DNA from: an uncultured Gemmatimonadales bacterium
Lineage (GTDB): Bacteria > Gemmatimonadota > Gemmatimonadetes > Gemmatimonadales > GWC2-71-9
DNA length: 64,000 nucleotides
Assembly (NCBI GenBank): GCA_963793205.1
Contig: CAWBZM010000001.1
Location: forward strand, 2,354-66,353
Reading direction: 5' to 3'
The notes beneath the pieces were generated by a model, which was not told the DNA's origin, made no database searches, and saw nothing but the letters and a program-made list of their open reading frames with translations. Below, one piece after another: positions 20,031 through 28,948 of the stretch; positions within the stretch are counted from its first letter, which is position 1, and each line of letters begins with the position of its first letter. A program made the translations under genes and the position numbers.

Positions 20031-21566
20031 GTGACCTCACCGCACCTTCGTCATCTGCGCGCGGGCGAATTGCCCGTGCACGCCCCCAATGCTGCCCTGC
20101 TGATCGATTTTGACAACGTCACGCTGGGCATCCGGTCCGACCTCACCAAGGAGCTGAAGCAGCTCCTCAGCAGCGACATCATCAAGGGCAAGGTTGCGGT
20201 CTCCCGCGCCTACGCCGACTGGCGGCGGTACCACCAGTACATCGTGCCGCTGTCCGAGTCCTCGATCGACCTGATTTTCGCCCCGGCGCACGGCAACAAC
20301 AAGAAGAACGCCACCGACATCCGCCTCGCGATCGATGCGATGGAGCTGGTGTTCACCCGCCCCGAGATCGGCACCTTCATCCTGCTGTCGGGCGACAGCG
20401 ACTTCTCGATGCTGGTGATCAAACTGAAGGAGTACGGCAAGTACGTCATCGGGGTTGGGATTCGCGAGTCCGCCAGCGACCTGCTGATCCAGAACTGCGA
20501 CGAGTACTACTCCTATTCCGATCTGGCCGGCCTGACCAAGGAAACCGACCTCCCCAGCGCCCAGAAGGATCCCTGGGTGCTGGTGCGCGAGGCGGTGGAC
20601 CAGATGGCGCGGGAAGGCGACGTCATGCGGTCCGATCGGCTGAAGCAGGTGATGCAGCAGATCGATCCCAACTTCGACGAGAAGAACGCCGGCTATAGTC
20701 GCTTCAGCAAATTTGTGATGGAGGCAGGGCACAAGGGCCACATCCGGATTACCCGGATGGACAATGGCCAGTACGAAGTCGCCCCGCTTGAGCCGGGGTC
20801 GACGACCTCCGCGACCGCCGCAGCTCCGGCAGCCGAGGCCGCACCAGCGGAGCGGCCCGAAGGTCGCGGCCGGAGTCGTGGCCGGGGTCGGGGGCGGGGT
20901 CGTGGTGGACGGGGTGAGCCGAGGGAGGCCGAGGCGGTCGCCGTCCCGGGCGAGGTGGACGAAGCCGCTGCTCCACCGCCGCCCCGTCGGAGTACCCCGC
21001 GGGAAGAGGGACTCACTCTGGCGCGGGCGTTCGAGCTGGTGCGCCGGGCCCTGGGTGAGCTGCCCAGCCCGGTGAGCAACGAGGCGCTCCGGCTGCGGAT
21101 GTCGGTGCTCCATGGTCGACAGGATCCGTTGCTCGAGCCGGCGCGGTTCAGCCAGCTGCTCCGGCAGGTGCATGACGCCGAGATTGCCGACGTCCGCAAG
21201 CTGGGCGACGACGAATTTGAGATTCTGGCCCGTGGACTCGATGGTCCGCCGGTGCCTTCCTCGGTGGGCAGCGTGGGGAGTCCCGAGGGTGAGACGCCCG
21301 CGGTCACCGCTGACAACGGCACGGCCCGTGGCGGGGTTCGCTTCCGGCGCGGGTCGCGTGGAGCCTCGGCGCCACCGGCGATCGCGATGGTCGGGGTGGT
21401 GAGTCTCGATGATGAGCCAGCCAAGCCCGAAGCGGCCCCAGCGGCCAAGCCAGCACGGGGCCGCAAGAAGGCGGCGAAGGCGGCGGATCCCGCTCCTGCG
21501 GGCGAGGCTGAGCCGCCCAAGAAAAAGCGGGCCGCCCGTCCTCGGGCCAAGAAGAAGGCAGAGTAA
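20031..21566 (+). CDS. NYN-domain (PIN-like) protein with LOTUS/OST-HTH domain and low-complexity tail
   Basis: LLIDFDNV, RAYADW, KNATDIRLAID, LLSGDSDF, NCDEY; FDEKNAGYSRFSKF (LOTUS-like). Confidence 0.88.
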   Translation: MTSPHLRHLRAGELPVHAPNAALLIDFDNVTLGIRSDLTKELKQLLSSDIIKGKVAVSRAYADWRRYHQYIVPLSESSIDLIFAPAHGNNKKNATDIRLAIDAMELVFTRPEIGTFILLSGDSDFSMLVIKLKEYGKYVIGVGIRESASDLLIQNCDEYYSYSDLAGLTKETDLPSAQKDPWVLVREAVDQMAREGDVMRSDRLKQVMQQIDPNFDEKNAGYSRFSKFVMEAGHKGHIRITRMDNGQYEVAPLEPGSTTSATAAAPAAEAAPAERPEGRGRSRGRGRGRGRGGRGEPREAEAVAVPGEVDEAAAPPPPRRSTPREEGLTLARAFELVRRALGELPSPVSNEALRLRMSVLHGRQDPLLEPARFSQLLRQVHDAEIADVRKLGDDEFEILARGLDGPPVPSSVGSVGSPEGETPAVTADNGTARGGVRFRRGSRGASAPPAIAMVGVVSLDDEPAKPEAAPAAKPARGRKKAAKAADPAPAGEAEPPKKKRAARPRAKKKAE

Positions 21567-21569
21567 GGC

Positions 21570-22178
21570 ATGCGACAGGGACGACGGGCAGCGACGCTGC
21601 CCGTTTCCTTTTTCCGGCAGGATGCGCCGACGGTGGCGCGAGAACTGATTGGGCGTACCCTGGTCTCAGTCTGGCGCGGGGTGAGCACGGCAGGCCGGAT
21701 TGTGGAGACAGAAGCCTATCTGGGTGCGGTCGATCCCGCCTCGCATGCCTACCGGTATCGGCGACACGCCCAGAACCAGGCGCTGTACGGCTCCAACGGC
21801 GACTGGTATGTGTACCTCTCATACGGCGTGCACTGGTGCGCCAACCTCGTGGTGGGTACTCCGGGTCAGGGGGAGGCGGTCCTGTTGCGCGCGCTTGAGC
21901 CGCTGGTCGGTCTGCCCGCCATGCACCGCCGTCGGCGCACCAAACTGGTGCGGGCGTTGTGTGCCGGCCCGGGGCGGCTGACCGAGGCGTTGGGGATGAC
22001 CCGGGCAGGATTGGACGGGAAGGGGATGGCGGAGTCGTCGGCGGTGGTGCTCGCGACTCGATCCGAGGTGCACGGCGAGGTGATCGGGGTGCCTCGGATC
22101 GGTATCAGCGTGGCGAAAGAGCTGCCGCTCCGGTTCGTTGAGCGAGGTTCACCCTGGCTGTCACGACCAGTCCCCTGA
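21570..22178 (+). CDS. mpg: DNA-3-methyladenine glycosylase (AAG/MPG family)
   Basis: VARELIG, GRIVETEAY, YVYLSYGVHWCAN, VLLRALEP, GPGRL, PRIGIS. Confidence 0.92.
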   Translation: MRQGRRAATLPVSFFRQDAPTVARELIGRTLVSVWRGVSTAGRIVETEAYLGAVDPASHAYRYRRHAQNQALYGSNGDWYVYLSYGVHWCANLVVGTPGQGEAVLLRALEPLVGLPAMHRRRRTKLVRALCAGPGRLTEALGMTRAGLDGKGMAESSAVVLATRSEVHGEVIGVPRIGISVAKELPLRFVERGSPWLSRPVP

Positions 22179-22183
22179 TGCAC

Positions 22184-22217
22184 AATGGGCGACCCCGAAA
22201 GGTCGCCCATTTGTTTT
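22184..22217 (+). terminator. Intrinsic terminator
   Basis: AATGGGCGACC-CCGAAA-GGTCGCCCATT followed by TGTTTT, between convergent genes. Confidence 0.75.
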
Positions 22218-22236
22218 CAGAACGTCGTTCGCGCGA

Positions 22237-22911
22237 TCAATCGGCGACCGATGTCACATCCCCTTCGCGGGAGTTTCCGAGGCTGATCCGGAGACCACCG
22301 GTGAAGGTGTGGGTCGGGCCGATCAGCAGCGAGCCAAACTCCGGGCTGCTGGTGATCTGGTACTGACCGAACACGGCGAAGTTGGCCACCCGGATCTGCA
22401 CGCCACCGGTGAACATGCCGAAGGTGTACGAGCCTGCCCGGTTGGCATCTTCCTTCACGAGAGCTTCCTCCAGGGCGGTCCCGAAGGGACCCTGAGGATA
22501 CTCGTTCACCGTCTGCATCAGGCCAACGCCGACACCGAAATAGGGCTGTGCGATGGTCTTGAACGGGAAGACCAGAAGGGAGGCCGAATAGCGCCGGAGG
22601 TCATTGAAGTCCGTCCGGCGCGTCCCGGTGGCCGTGCTCAGGTCCGGATAGGACGATACCTGGTTGCTCTTGAAGCCTTCCTGCACCTCAATCAGCAGCC
22701 CGGTGCGGCGTGCCGTCACCAGGAAGTGCCCACCACCCGTGATGATCCCGCCCTTGGTCTGGTTCGGGGTCTCGAAGATCGTCACGCCTCCCTGTCCTCC
22801 GATATACCACTTGAAGGAGTCGAAGCCGATGATCGACTGTGCCGCGAGCGATGGCGCCTGGCTGAGGCAAGCCAGCCCGAGCACCATGGCGGTGCGGCCT
22901 AGCATGCGCAT
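22237..22911 (-). CDS. Exported protein, probable outer-membrane beta-barrel
   Basis: GGAGG RBS, signal peptide ending SLAA-Q, amphipathic strands (QPYFGVGVG, AVFGQYQI, TFTGGLRISL). Confidence 0.65.
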   Translation of the reverse strand: MRMLGRTAMVLGLACLSQAPSLAAQSIIGFDSFKWYIGGQGGVTIFETPNQTKGGIITGGGHFLVTARRTGLLIEVQEGFKSNQVSSYPDLSTATGTRRTDFNDLRRYSASLLVFPFKTIAQPYFGVGVGLMQTVNEYPQGPFGTALEEALVKEDANRAGSYTFGMFTGGVQIRVANFAVFGQYQITSSPEFGSLLIGPTHTFTGGLRISLGNSREGDVTSVAD

Positions 22912-23053
22912 CGGATGCCTCCAGAAGAGAGTGCGTGGTGGCCGTATGGCCTTGGACAGCTTTTGCTTGGAGCGGTGAGCTTCCAAACTACTTTAAGTCT
23001 TCAAATCCCACAAGAACCCGATTGCCGAATAAAGACCGAAGTGGTGAGGCTGG

Positions 23054-24247
23054 TCACACCAATTGCAGGCGCTGGCCCACTTTTCGGATCGCCCGCAGGG
23101 CCTGATCGAGGTCGTCCCGGGTATGGGCGGCCGAAATCTGGCACCGGATCCTGGCCTCCCCCTTGGGCACCACCGGGAAGCCGAACCCGGTGACGAACAC
23201 CCCCTCCTCCAGCAGCAGCCGGCTCATTTCAATTGCCTTCGATGTCTCACCGAGGATGACGGGCACGATTGGGGTCTCGCCGGGGATCGGCTTGAACCCG
23301 AATCCCAGCAGCTGATCCCGGAAGTATCGGGTATTCTGGCGGAGCGCCTCTACCCGTTCCGGGTGGTGTTCGAGGTACTCGATACTCGCCAGCGAGGTCG
23401 CCGCGACGGTGGGAGGCAGCCCGTTGGAAAAGAGCTGGGGCCGAGCTCGCTGGGTGAGGTAATCGCACACCGCTTCGCTACCGGCGACGAACCCGCCAGC
23501 GGCGCCGCCCAGTGCTTTCCCCAGCGTGGACGTGATGATGTCGATCTCTCCCACCATGCCAAAATGCTCCGCCGTGCCTCGGCCATTGGTGCCCAGGACG
23601 CCGGTCGCATGGCTGTCGTCAACGACCAGGACGGCGTCGTGGGCCCGGCAGATCTCGGCGATCTGCGGGAGCTTGGCGATCGCGCCCTCCATGGAGAAGA
23701 CGCCGTCGGTAATCACCATCCGGACCCGTCGGTCCTTCGCCGCGATCAGTTTCTCGCGCAGGTCATCCAGGTCGGCATGCTTGTAGACCGCGGTCTGGCA
23801 CTTGGTGCTCGCCTTGGCCAGCCGGATACCGTCGATGATCGACGCATGATTGAGCTGGTCACTGATGACGATGTCTTCCGGTCCCAGCAGCGTCCCCGGC
23901 ACTGCTTCATTCGCGTTCCAGCAGCTCACGAAACTCAGCGCGTGCGAGGTGCCCACCAGCCGGGCGCAGGCGGCCTCCAGCGCCCGGTGGATCGTGAAGG
24001 TGCCGCAGATGAATCGGACCGACGCGGTCCCGGCGCCAAACTGATCCAGTGCCGCCTTACCGGCCGAGACGACCTCGGGAACGTTGCAGAGGCCGAGGTA
24101 GTTGTTCGAGGACAGGACGATGACCTCGCCCCGACCTTCCATCTGGACTCGCGGCCCCTGGGGGCTGTTGAGGTAGAGGAGGTGTTTGTAGACGCCGTCC
24201 TGTTTGAATTGGGCGAGATCGGCGGTGAGGCGGGCGTTGAGGGACAT
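23054..24247 (-). CDS. kbl: 2-amino-3-ketobutyrate CoA ligase (glycine C-acetyltransferase)
   Basis: SNNYLGL, ASVRFICGT, SDQLNHASIIDG, TDGVFSMEG, DDSHATG, TLGKALGG; adjacent to tdh. Confidence 0.93.
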   Translation of the reverse strand: MSLNARLTADLAQFKQDGVYKHLLYLNSPQGPRVQMEGRGEVIVLSSNNYLGLCNVPEVVSAGKAALDQFGAGTASVRFICGTFTIHRALEAACARLVGTSHALSFVSCWNANEAVPGTLLGPEDIVISDQLNHASIIDGIRLAKASTKCQTAVYKHADLDDLREKLIAAKDRRVRMVITDGVFSMEGAIAKLPQIAEICRAHDAVLVVDDSHATGVLGTNGRGTAEHFGMVGEIDIITSTLGKALGGAAGGFVAGSEAVCDYLTQRARPQLFSNGLPPTVAATSLASIEYLEHHPERVEALRQNTRYFRDQLLGFGFKPIPGETPIVPVILGETSKAIEMSRLLLEEGVFVTGFGFPVVPKGEARIRCQISAAHTRDDLDQALRAIRKVGQRLQLV

Positions 24248-24255
24248 GGGCGGTC

Positions 24256-24322
24256 GGGTCGAGGGTCGAGGGTCGAGGGTCGGGGAGTCGGGATCGAGGC
24301 CACGACCCACGACCCTCGACCA
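24256..24322. repeat. Heptamer tandem repeat (GGGTCGA)n followed by inverted copies
   Basis: GGGTCGA x3 plus GGGTCGG, then ACGACCC ACGACCC TCGACCA, filling the tdh-kbl gap. Confidence 0.85.
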
Positions 24323-25369
24323 TCAGTTACCGGCAATATCCAGAATCACCTTCCCCGCCTGGCCATCCTTGATGACCTGGATGGCATCGGCCATCCGTTC
24401 CAGCGGAAAGCGGTGGGTAATCACCGGCCGGGGATCGATCTGGCCGCCCCGGAGCAGGCGGAACATCTGCTGCCAGGTATCGTACATGCGCCGGCCGGTC
24501 ACGCCGTAGAGGGTCAGGCCCTTGAAAATGACATCGCGGGCGAAGTTGACCTCGGTGTGCTTGCTCGGGGTGCCCAGGAAGTTCACCCGTCCGCCCAGGC
24601 GCGCGGCGGCAAAGGCGACCTGGTGGCCGGAGGGATGCCCGCTCATCTCGCAGACGAGGTCCACCCCTTCCCCTCCCGTCAGCTCCCGTGCCCGGGCCAC
24701 GACATCGTCCTTGGCCGCATGCAGCACGTGGTGCGCACCCATCTTCCGGGCAAGCTCGAGCCGCATGGGATTGAGGTCGCTGGCGATGACGAGCGATGCG
24801 CCGGCCGCCCGCGCGATCCCCACGGCAAAGATGCCGATCGGCCCGCAGCCGAGCACGAGGACCGCGCTCCCCGGTACGTTGCCCCCCTCGAGTACCGTGT
24901 GCACCGCGTTGCCGATCGGGTCCATGATGGCCCCGATATCCGTCGGGATGCCATCCAGCTTCATCACATTCGACGCCGGCATGGCAATGTATTCGGCGAA
25001 GGCGCCGTCGCGATCGACGCCGATGATCCGGGTGCGTCGGCACACATGCGCATCACCGGTACGGCACGGCAGGCAGTGGCCACAGACGATGTGTCCTTCC
25101 GCGGTGACCGCGTCGCCCACAGCGAGCAGCCCCTCAGCAGCCGCCTCCGACCCCAGTTCGACGATCTCACCGGCGAACTCGTGGCCGATGATCAGCGGCG
25201 GCTTCAGCCGGCCCGCGGCCCACGCATCCCATTCCCAGATATGCAGGTCCGTGCCGCACACACCGGCATGATGCACCTTGATGAGGGTATCGCTGGGGCC
25301 GTACGATGGGATGGGCACGTCCCGGACTTCCATGCCGGGACCAGGAGCTGTCTTGACAAGAGCGCGCAT
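24323..25369 (-). CDS. tdh: L-threonine 3-dehydrogenase
   Basis: MRALVK, CGTDLHI, GHEFAG, EGHIVCGHCLPCRTG..HVC, GCGPIG, GVTGRRMYDTW. Confidence 0.93.
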   Translation of the reverse strand: MRALVKTAPGPGMEVRDVPIPSYGPSDTLIKVHHAGVCGTDLHIWEWDAWAAGRLKPPLIIGHEFAGEIVELGSEAAAEGLLAVGDAVTAEGHIVCGHCLPCRTGDAHVCRRTRIIGVDRDGAFAEYIAMPASNVMKLDGIPTDIGAIMDPIGNAVHTVLEGGNVPGSAVLVLGCGPIGIFAVGIARAAGASLVIASDLNPMRLELARKMGAHHVLHAAKDDVVARARELTGGEGVDLVCEMSGHPSGHQVAFAAARLGGRVNFLGTPSKHTEVNFARDVIFKGLTLYGVTGRRMYDTWQQMFRLLRGGQIDPRPVITHRFPLERMADAIQVIKDGQAGKVILDIAGN

Positions 25370-25446
25370 TGCAGCCGGGACGAGGGTCGGAGAGGTGTAT
25401 CGCGAGCCGTAGAAGCTAATAAGGCGGCGGCCTGGCGGCTCGGCGG

Positions 25447-25794
25447 CTACAGGATACTGCGGGTCAGGCCGCCGTCGACATTCAGGGCGACCCCGGTGAT
25501 ATAGCGCGCCGGTTCGGAGGCCAGAAAGACCGCGGCGGCGGCGAATTCCTCCGGCGTGCCGATCCGGCGAATCGGGACCGCCGCCCCCATTTCCGCGAGG
25601 ACCGTCTCCGCCGGTTTTCCGGGTGGTTTCCCCCGAGTCTCGGCCAGGTGCACCAGGCGATCGGTGGCGAAGTAGCCGGGACAGAGCGCATTCACCGTGA
25701 TGCCCTCGGCCAGCAGCCCCGCGGCCACGGCATAGCCGAGCCCCGAGGAGCCCCCGCACACCAACGCGACTTTGTCGGTGAGTCCAAGATCCAT
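25447..25794 (-). pseudogene. SDR oxidoreductase with a large in-frame internal deletion
   Basis: N-terminus MDLGLTDKVALVCGGSSGLG...AEG joined directly to the C-terminal ITVNALCPG...FLASEPARYITG...VDGG; catalytic core absent; only 115 aa. Confidence 0.75.
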
Positions 25795-25818
25795 GCGGAA
25801 AAACTAACCCCGCCTGAG

Positions 25819-26079
25819 CTAGCGCGGGGTGGGGAGTGGAGCGGCTGGTGGAGGGGTGAGCTCGGTTCGGAAGGCGGCAATGGCCTCCAGGACCATCGGC
25901 TCAAGGCCCGCCCCCGCCTCCGGTCCGTCGATATGCGCGAAGAGGGCGCGGCGCATGCGCGGCTCCCAGCTGCGGCGGATGTGCATGGCGGTGCCCTTCA
26001 GCGCCTCCGCGTGCACCGGGAAGGAGCGATAAAAAGCGCCGATCTGATTGGCCATCTCGACCAGGTGATGATTATCCAC
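25819..26079 (-). CDS. fdsD: NAD-dependent formate dehydrogenase delta subunit
   Basis: LVEMANQIGAFY...HIRRSWEPRMR; overlaps the fdsA stop. Confidence 0.9.
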   Translation of the reverse strand: MDNHHLVEMANQIGAFYRSFPVHAEALKGTAMHIRRSWEPRMRRALFAHIDGPEAGAGLEPMVLEAIAAFRTELTPPPAAPLPTPR

Positions 26080-28930
26080 GGGCTTCGGTCTCCTGCGCCT
26101 GATCCAGCAACGCGAGCTGCTCCTGGGTGAACTTGCGGAAGCGATCCTGCCACTCGGAGGTGTGGAAGACGGGCGAGACCTGCACGGCGGTCACCTTGTA
26201 CTCGGGACAGTTGGTCGCCCAGTCGGAATTTTCGGTGGTGATGACGTTGGCGCCCGACTCCGGATGGTGGAACGTGGTGTAGACGACGCCCGGCTGCACT
26301 CGCTCGGTGATCAGCGCCCGCAGCGTGGTCTCACCGGCCCGGCTCACGATGCCCACCCACTCGCCGTCCTTGATGCCACGGTCCTCGGCATCGTGCGGAT
26401 GGATTTCGAGCCGGTCCTCTTCGTGCCAATCCACATTGGCGGTACGCCGGGTCTGGGCGCCGACGTTGTACTGCGACAGGATCCGCCCGGTGGTGAGGAT
26501 CAGCGGGTACTTGCCATTGACCCGCTCCGACGTGGCCACGTATTCGGTGACGAAGAACTTGCCCTTGCCGCGGACGAAATGTCCCCCTTCGTGCATCGTC
26601 GGTGTGCCGTCCGGGGCCTCGGCGTTGCAGGGCCACTGGATGCTGCCCAGTTCATCGATCCGATCGTAGCTCACCCCGGTGAAGGTCGGCATGAGCCGGG
26701 CGATCTCGTCCATGATCTCGGACGGATGGGTGTAGTTCATCGGATAGCCGAGGGCGTTGGAGAGGGCGACCGTGACTTCCCAGTCCTCCTTACCGGCCAA
26801 CGGTGGCATCACCTTGCGCACCATGGAGATGCGGCGCTCGGCGTTGGTGAAGGTGCCGTTCTTCTCGAGGAACGATGAACCCGGCAGGAAGACGTGGGCG
26901 AACTTCGCGGTCTCGTTCAGGAACAGATCCTGGACCACGATGCACTCCATCGATTCGAGCGCGGCGGTGACATGCTGTGTGTTCGGATCCGACTGGGCGA
27001 TGTCTTCGCCTTCGCAATACAGGCCCTTGAAGCTGCCTTCGATGGCCGCCTCGAACATGTTGGGGATCCGCAGGCCAGGCTCGCGCTCCAGCGTGACGCC
27101 CCAGACGCTTTCGAACTCGTGCCGTGTGTCATCGTCGAGGACATGGCGATAACCGGGCAACTCATGCGGGAAGGATCCCATGTCGCAGGAGCCCTGGACG
27201 TTGTTCTGCCCGCGGAGCGGATTCACGCCCACCCCCTCGCGACCGATGTTGCCGGTGGCCATGGCGAGGTTCGCGATGCCGAGGACTGCGGTAGAGCCCT
27301 GGCTGTGTTCAGTGACCCCGAGTCCGTAGTAGATGGCCGCGTTGCCTCCGGTGGCATAGAGCCGCGCCGCCCCCCGCAGGACCTCGGCCGGGACCCCGGT
27401 CACCGACGCCATCGCTTCGGGAGAATTTTCCGGCTGCGAGACGAACGTCTTCCACTGCTGGTAGCTCGTTTCCTCCGTGTACGCCTGGGCGAAGGCGTCG
27501 TCTGCCAACCCTTCGGTGACGATCGCGTGCGCCATCGACGTGAGCAGGGCCACATTGGTGCCGGGCCGCAGCTTCAGGTGATAATCCGCCTTCACATGGG
27601 GCGACTCGACCAGGTCGATCTTGCGCGGGTCGGCCACAATCAGCCGGGCGCCCTCCCGCAGGCGGCGCTTCATGTGCGAGGCGAAGACCGGGTGGCCGTC
27701 AGTGGGGTTCGCACCGATCACGAAGATCACGTCGCAGTGCTGCACCGAGTCGAAGTTCTGGGTGCCGGCCGATTCGCCCAGTGTCGCCTTGAGTCCGTAT
27801 CCCGTCGGCGAGTGACAGACGCGGGCGCAGGTATCAATGTTGTTGTTGCCGAAGGCGGCCCGCACCAGCTTCTGGACCAGGTAGGTCTCTTCGTTGCTGC
27901 AGCGGGAGGAGTTGATCGCGCCGACCGATTCGCGGCCGTAGGTCGCCTGCAGCCGCTTGAACTCGGAGGCGGCATAGTTGATCGCCTCGTCCCAGGACAC
28001 CACCTGCCAGGGATCGGTGATCTTCTTCCGGATCATCGGGGTGGTGATGCGGTCCTGGTGGGTGGCATAGCCCCAGGCGAACCGCCCCTTCACGCAGGAA
28101 TGGCCGTGGTTGGCATGGCCATCCTTGTTCGGCATCATCCGGACCACCTGGCTGCCCTTCATCTCCGCCTTGAACGAACAGCCGACGCCGCAGTAGGCGC
28201 AGGTGGTGATCACGCTGCGGTCCGGGGTGCCGGCCTCGATGACTGAGTTGTCCATCAGGGTGGCGGTAGGGCAGGCCTGTACACAGGCGCCGCAGGAGAC
28301 GCACTCGGAGTCCATGAAGGACTCCATCTGTCCCGGCGCGACCTTGGAGTCGAAGCCGCGGCCGTCGATGGTCAGCGCGAATGTGCCCTGGACTTCTTCA
28401 CAGGCACGGACGCAGCGGGAGCAGACGATGCACTTGCTGGCATCGAAGGTGAAGTACGGATTGGAGGTGTCCTTCTCCGCCTTCAGGTGATTCTCCCCGT
28501 CGTAGCCGTAGCGGACTTCCCGCAGGCCCACAGCGCCCGCCATGTCCTGCAACTCGCAGTCGCCATTGGCGGAGCAGGTGAGGCAATCGAGCGGGTGGTC
28601 GGAGATGTAGAGCTCCATCACCCCGCGTCGCAGGTTGCCCAGCTTTTCATTCTGGGTGGTGACCTTCATCCCCGCTTCGGCCGGGGTGGTGCAGGAGGCG
28701 GGGAATCCGCGCCGGCCGTCGATCTGCACCAGGCAGAGGCGGCAGGAGCCAAACGCCTCGAGGTTGTCGGTAGCGCACAGCTTGGGAATCCCGATGCCAG
28801 CGGTGATCGCCGCTCGCATCACCGAGGTACCCTCGGGGACGGTGACCGGCACCCCGTCGATGGTCAGGGAGACCGTCCGGGTGGAGTCGGGCAGCGGGGT
28901 GCCGTAGTCGAGGTCGGCGATGGCAGTCAT
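26072..28930 (-). CDS. fdsA: NAD-dependent formate dehydrogenase alpha subunit (bis-PGD, Cys ligand)
   Basis: Fe-S motifs (GSCRLC, HPLDCLTC, CIVCSRC, CVSCGAC, CAYCGVGC), active site CARVCH, RGQNNVQG. Confidence 0.95.
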   Translation of the reverse strand: MTAIADLDYGTPLPDSTRTVSLTIDGVPVTVPEGTSVMRAAITAGIGIPKLCATDNLEAFGSCRLCLVQIDGRRGFPASCTTPAEAGMKVTTQNEKLGNLRRGVMELYISDHPLDCLTCSANGDCELQDMAGAVGLREVRYGYDGENHLKAEKDTSNPYFTFDASKCIVCSRCVRACEEVQGTFALTIDGRGFDSKVAPGQMESFMDSECVSCGACVQACPTATLMDNSVIEAGTPDRSVITTCAYCGVGCSFKAEMKGSQVVRMMPNKDGHANHGHSCVKGRFAWGYATHQDRITTPMIRKKITDPWQVVSWDEAINYAASEFKRLQATYGRESVGAINSSRCSNEETYLVQKLVRAAFGNNNIDTCARVCHSPTGYGLKATLGESAGTQNFDSVQHCDVIFVIGANPTDGHPVFASHMKRRLREGARLIVADPRKIDLVESPHVKADYHLKLRPGTNVALLTSMAHAIVTEGLADDAFAQAYTEETSYQQWKTFVSQPENSPEAMASVTGVPAEVLRGAARLYATGGNAAIYYGLGVTEHSQGSTAVLGIANLAMATGNIGREGVGVNPLRGQNNVQGSCDMGSFPHELPGYRHVLDDDTRHEFESVWGVTLEREPGLRIPNMFEAAIEGSFKGLYCEGEDIAQSDPNTQHVTAALESMECIVVQDLFLNETAKFAHVFLPGSSFLEKNGTFTNAERRISMVRKVMPPLAGKEDWEVTVALSNALGYPMNYTHPSEIMDEIARLMPTFTGVSYDRIDELGSIQWPCNAEAPDGTPTMHEGGHFVRGKGKFFVTEYVATSERVNGKYPLILTTGRILSQYNVGAQTRRTANVDWHEEDRLEIHPHDAEDRGIKDGEWVGIVSRAGETTLRALITERVQPGVVYTTFHHPESGANVITTENSDWATNCPEYKVTAVQVSPVFHTSEWQDRFRKFTQEQLALLDQAQETEARG

Positions 28931-28948
28931 AGCGGACTCCTTGAGTAC

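Noticed and set aside
23063..25504. 813-aa plus-strand ORF
   Set aside because: Antisense shadow of kbl and tdh, expected from high-GC codon bias; no recognisable motifs.
26072..28930. Selenocysteine-containing formate dehydrogenase
   Set aside because: Active site reads CARVCH in an uninterrupted frame; no in-frame TGA.
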